From a virus (taxonomy: Duplodnaviria > Heunggongvirae > Uroviricota > Caudoviricetes), in the IMG/VR virus record IMGVR_UViG_2671180603_000017, positions 1-9,748 of that record: DNA of 9,748 bases. The stretch is one strand, 5' to 3'. This document shows positions 6,716-9,748 of the stretch, piece by piece. Position numbers and translations under genes: made by a program. Each line of letters starts with the position of its first letter. Positions within the stretch are counted from its first letter, which is position 1. The notes below the pieces were generated by a model. It ran no database searches and was not told the DNA's origin. It worked only from the letters and a program-made list of their open reading frames with translations.

Positions 6716-7133
6716 AAATCAGGCATGAGCACATCGAATCAGTGCTGTTGCCCTGGCAGCCGAAAAAGGGCAGGCGTGGGTCGCTAACGCAATTACTGAA
6801 GAATATCTGCGCCAGGGGGGCGGCGAATTGCCCCTTGTACCAGGCAAGGACTGGAACAATCAGCAGAATATCTATCACCGTTGGTTGAAAGGTGAAACGA
6901 AAGCGCAAAGGGAAAAAATTCAGAAACTGATCCCTGCGGTTCTGGCAATTCTTCCGCGTGAGCTGCGTCACCGACTCTGTATCTTCGATACCCTGGAACG
7001 CCGTGCATTACTGGCGGCGCAGGAAGCGTTGAGTACGGCAATTGATGCGCATGATGATGCAGTCCAGGCCGTTTACCGGAAAGCGCATTTCAGCGGCGGC
7101 GGGTCTTCCGACGATTCTGTCATTGTTCATTAA
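6712..7133 (+). pseudogene. ydaT: YdaT-like (Rac prophage) gene with an apparent 1-bp deletion frameshift near 6748-6752
   Basis: ATG 6712 is translationally coupled (ATGA) and encodes MKIRHEHIESVL, then hits a stop at 6886. The rest of the protein (AEKGQAWVANAITEEYLRQGGGELPLVPGKDWNN...SDDSVIVH) is in the -1 shifted frame (track ORF 6828..7133), which has no ATG or GTG start. Confidence 0.55.
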
Positions 7134-7196
7134 GCAAAAGTTTCCATGCTGTTTGTGCTTATTCTAAGCAACCGGGCAGCATCATACGGGGCAATT

Positions 7197-8345
7197 ATGG
7201 CCGCATTACCATACATGCAACTGTACATAGCTGATTACCTGGCTGACACCATGCATTTGTCAGCAGAGGAGCACGGCGCGTATTTGTTGCTGATGTTCAA
7301 TTACTGGCAAACAGGAAAGCCAATACCCAAAAACAGGTTGGCAAAAATTGCCCGTCTGACTAACGAGCGATGGGTTGATGTTGAACCATCCTTGCGGGAG
7401 TTTTTTTGTGATAACGGCGACGAATGGATGCATCTTCGGATTGAGGAAGATCTGGCATCTGTCAGAGAAAAATTAACCAAAAAATCAGCCGCAGGAAAAG
7501 CATCTGTTCAGGCCAGAAGAAGCAGAAAGGAAGCAGATGTTCAAACAAAACAAGAGAGAAATTTAACAGGTGTTCAAACAGATGTTGGAGTGATGTTCGA
7601 ACATGATGCCAACACAAAGGCAACTAATAAAGATACAGATAAAGATCTAAAAACAGATCTAACCCATCCCAAACCCTTCCCTTCCGGAAGGGAGTTTCGG
7701 GATTTTGTGGCTGGAGTGCTTGAGGGGAGATTATCTGGCGGTACTGCAGCGGAATTTTGTAATTCTGCGGTGGTTGCGTTGCAGGCTGCTGGCCTGGATG
7801 TCTGTCGTGAGTATCCGGTGCCAGAGCGTGGTGACGGTTGCGGAGGGCGGATTGATATCGTCGTGACTGACAGGAACGGTGTCCGGTGTGGGAGCGAGCT
7901 TGACCGAAATTCTCCGCGACAGAAATCACTGCTCAAAATCGGTGCTGTTGAAACCGGGATATGTGTCTTGCGGCGCAGTGATATCGCAAGGCACACCGAG
8001 CAGGGAATTCTGGTTATCGGTGGGGCTGTTCGCCAGAAAAAATTTGACCCGTTGTCAGTTGATCTGCCCGACTGGTTGCCAGAAACACTCTGGCATGAGT
8101 GGGTCCAGTTCAGGCAGGCATTGCGAAAACCGATTCGAACGGAGCAGGGCGCTAACGGGGCGATACGGGAACTGGAAAAATTCCGTCAGCAGGGTTTTAC
8201 ACCTGAGCAGGTGATTCGACACAGCATCGCCAATGAATACCAGGGTCTGTTCGCGCCGAAAGGTGTTCGGCCTGAGACGTTGCTCCGACAGGTTAACACC
8301 GTCTCGTTGCCGGACAGTGCGATCCCGCCAGGCTTCAGGGGGTAA
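7197..8345 (+). CDS. YdaU-like phage replication protein (N-terminal DUF1376-type domain, charged linker, C-terminal domain), 382 aa; alternative start 7146
   Basis: Track ORF 7146..8345; the internal ATG 7197 has a G-rich Shine-Dalgarno; N-terminus MAALPYMQLYIADYLADTMHLSAEEHGAYLLLMFNYW; positioned directly upstream of a DnaC-like gene. Confidence 0.6.
   Translation: MAALPYMQLYIADYLADTMHLSAEEHGAYLLLMFNYWQTGKPIPKNRLAKIARLTNERWVDVEPSLREFFCDNGDEWMHLRIEEDLASVREKLTKKSAAGKASVQARRSRKEADVQTKQERNLTGVQTDVGVMFEHDANTKATNKDTDKDLKTDLTHPKPFPSGREFRDFVAGVLEGRLSGGTAAEFCNSAVVALQAAGLDVCREYPVPERGDGCGGRIDIVVTDRNGVRCGSELDRNSPRQKSLLKIGAVETGICVLRRSDIARHTEQGILVIGGAVRQKKFDPLSVDLPDWLPETLWHEWVQFRQALRKPIRTEQGANGAIRELEKFRQQGFTPEQVIRHSIANEYQGLFAPKGVRPETLLRQVNTVSLPDSAIPPGFRG
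7536..7660. other. Putative replication origin inside the YdaU-like gene: three 12-bp iteron-like repeats G(A/G)TGTTC(A/G)AACA at 7536, 7569 and 7592, then an AT-rich segment with two GATC sites (7621-7660)
   Basis: Repeats read directly; they fall in the low-complexity linker coding region, as the lambda origin does within gene O. Confidence 0.35.
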
Positions 8346-8351
8346 CAGACC

Positions 8352-9098
8352 ATGAAAAATATTGCGACAGGAGGCGTTCTGGAGCGTATCCGCAGACTGA
8401 CCCCACCACATGTAACCGCCCCATTCAGAACGGTTGCGGAGTGGCGCGAGTGGCAACTTGCTGAAGGCCAGAAACGTTGCGAGGAGATCAACCGCCTGAA
8501 TCGTCAGTTGCGGGTGGAAAAAATCCTGAACCGCTCCGGCATCCAGCCGTTGCACCGGAAGTGTTCGTTTGCGAATTACCGGGCGCAGAACGACGGTCAG
8601 CGACATGCACTGAGTCAGGCGAAATCCATAGCTGACGAACTGATGACAGGCTGTACGAATTTTGTGTTCAGCGGTAAGCCCGGCACCGGAAAAAATCATC
8701 TTGCAGACGCGATTGGCAACCGGCTGATGGCGAAGGGGCGTAGCGTGATTATCGTCACCGTGTCCGATGTCATGAGCGTGTTGCATGAGAGCTACGACAA
8801 CGGCAAATCCGGTGAAAAATTTTTACAGGAGCTTTGTGGTGTTGACCTGCTGGTCCTGGATGAAATTGGCATGCAGCGGGATACGAAAAACGAGCAGGTG
8901 GTACTGAACCAGATTGTTGATCGCCGGACGGCATCGTTACGCGGTGTGGGGATGCTGACAAATATTAACCATGCAGCGATGAATACACTTCTCGGCGAGC
9001 GGGTGATGGATCGCATGGTCATGAACGGCGGGCGCTGGGTGAATTTTAACTGGGAGAGCTGGCGTCCGAATGTTAGCCATTCGAGGGTTGTTAAGTAG
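8352..9098 (+). CDS. ydaV: DnaC/IstB-like AAA+ helicase loader (YdaV-like replication protein), 248 aa
   Basis: Walker A GKPGTGKNHLA and Walker B LLVLDEIG; position after the replication-initiator-like gene; close to my recollection of Rac YdaV. Confidence 0.75.
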   Translation: MKNIATGGVLERIRRLTPPHVTAPFRTVAEWREWQLAEGQKRCEEINRLNRQLRVEKILNRSGIQPLHRKCSFANYRAQNDGQRHALSQAKSIADELMTGCTNFVFSGKPGTGKNHLADAIGNRLMAKGRSVIIVTVSDVMSVLHESYDNGKSGEKFLQELCGVDLLVLDEIGMQRDTKNEQVVLNQIVDRRTASLRGVGMLTNINHAAMNTLLGERVMDRMVMNGGRWVNFNWESWRPNVSHSRVVK

Positions 9099-9112
9099 TT
9101 TCAGGAGGATTT

Positions 9113-9535
9113 ATGGCGAAACCTTTTACTCCCGAACAGCGGGAAGAACTGAAGACGCGAATTGTGGAACTCGTGCATCAGGACGGTCGGGTCACGATTC
9201 GGCAGTTGTCAGATGAAACAGGTATCAGTCGTGCGTCTGTCGGTCGCTTATGCATAGAACTGGTCGCAAGTGGTGATGTATATAATTCTGGCTACGGCTT
9301 ATTCCCGTCTGAACAGGCTCGCAAGGACTGGCAAAGCGCCCGCAAAAAACTCTCGAGAGTAAAGGTGAGGAAACCGGTTGTTGTTGATCCGGACCTTATC
9401 TGGTCATTACCTGACGGAGAAATACGCCGCTACGACAGGCGCCTGAATATAATCTGTCGCGAGTGCCGGAAGAGCGAAGCTATGCAGCGTGTACTGGCTT
9501 TCTATCAGGGTAATTTTCAGGAGGCGATACTGTGA
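9113..9535 (+). CDS. Hypothetical phage protein with a putative N-terminal winged-HTH (VTIRQLSDETGISRASVGRL), 140 aa
   Basis: AGGAGG Shine-Dalgarno 5 nt before the ATG; C-terminal region duplicated in the next gene. Confidence 0.55.
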   Translation: MAKPFTPEQREELKTRIVELVHQDGRVTIRQLSDETGISRASVGRLCIELVASGDVYNSGYGLFPSEQARKDWQSARKKLSRVKVRKPVVVDPDLIWSLPDGEIRRYDRRLNIICRECRKSEAMQRVLAFYQGNFQEAIL

Positions 9536-9592
9536 ATGAAATTAGCTATCAGGCTTCAATTACCGCTGGCATTCGCATCAAAGGAGAGGAGC

Positions 9593-9748
9593 ATGGAAAT
9601 AAAACACAAAAAGCTATCGAGGGTAAAGGTGAAGAAACCGGTTGTGGTTGATCCTGACCTTATCTGGTCATTACCAGACGGAGAAATACGCCGCTACGAC
9701 AGGCGCCTGAATATAATCTGTCGCGAGTGCCGGAAGAGCGAAGCTATG
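9593..9748 (+). CDS. Partial CDS (3' end outside window), paralog sharing the C-terminal module of the preceding gene (…KLSRVKVKKPVVVDPDLIWSLPDGEIRRYDRRLNIICRECRKSEAM…)
   Basis: ATG 9593 preceded by AAGGAGAGGAG; an in-frame alternative ATG exists at 9536; 9610-9748 is near-identical to 9347-9485. Confidence 0.5.
   Translation, partial: MEIKHKKLSRVKVKKPVVVDPDLIWSLPDGEIRRYDRRLNIICRECRKSEAM

Noticed and set aside
6345-6971. ORFs 6345..6575 (minus), 6442..6627 (plus), 6624..6971 (minus), 6793..7041 (minus)
   Set aside because: They overlap the promoter/operator region or lie antisense to the Cro-like and YdaT-like genes; the plus-strand Cro-like and YdaT-like frames have clear RBS and coupling signals instead.
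7574-8961. Minus-strand ORFs 7574..7996, 7624..7929, 8055..8786, 8186..8491, 8770..8961, 8792..9022 and plus-strand 7879..8214
   Set aside because: They overlap well-supported replication genes, lack start-site signals, and are the kind of long spurious frames expected in GC-rich coding sequence.

Overview
This window is an enterobacterial lambdoid (Rac-like) cryptic prophage segment, heavily scarred by IS3-family insertion sequences; the pattern suggests Shigella or E. coli, which is inference from IS content. All protein and IS family names are from memory of motifs, since no database search was possible. Layout left to right: (i) 76-1044, a Rha-family antirepressor-like gene on the minus strand, preceded by its own promoter, a ~77-nt non-coding RNA with an intrinsic terminator, and a structured leader; (ii) 1045-1610, a 3' fragment of an IS600-like element on the plus strand; (iii) 1611-2822, a second, mosaic copy of the same RNA/Rha module; (iv) 2823-4977, an IS600-like element on the minus strand split by an IS911-like transposase fragment and carrying a 215-bp internal direct duplication; (v) 4978-5950, small genes of unknown function, a leftward promoter with operator-like palindromes, and the repressor terminator; (vi) 5957-9748, an immunity/replication module: DicA/CI-like repressor, divergent Cro/YdaS-like gene, frameshifted YdaT-like gene, YdaU-like replication protein with iteron-like repeats inside it, DnaC-like helicase loader (YdaV-like), and two small paralogous genes. 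The most interesting signal is the small RNA upstream of each Rha gene: between the two copies its hairpin loop differs at four positions, and a leader site complementary to that loop carries the four matching compensatory changes, as does a second leader site that mimics the loop. This looks like a P1 c4-style antisense switch for an antirepressor, present here in two specificities side by side.
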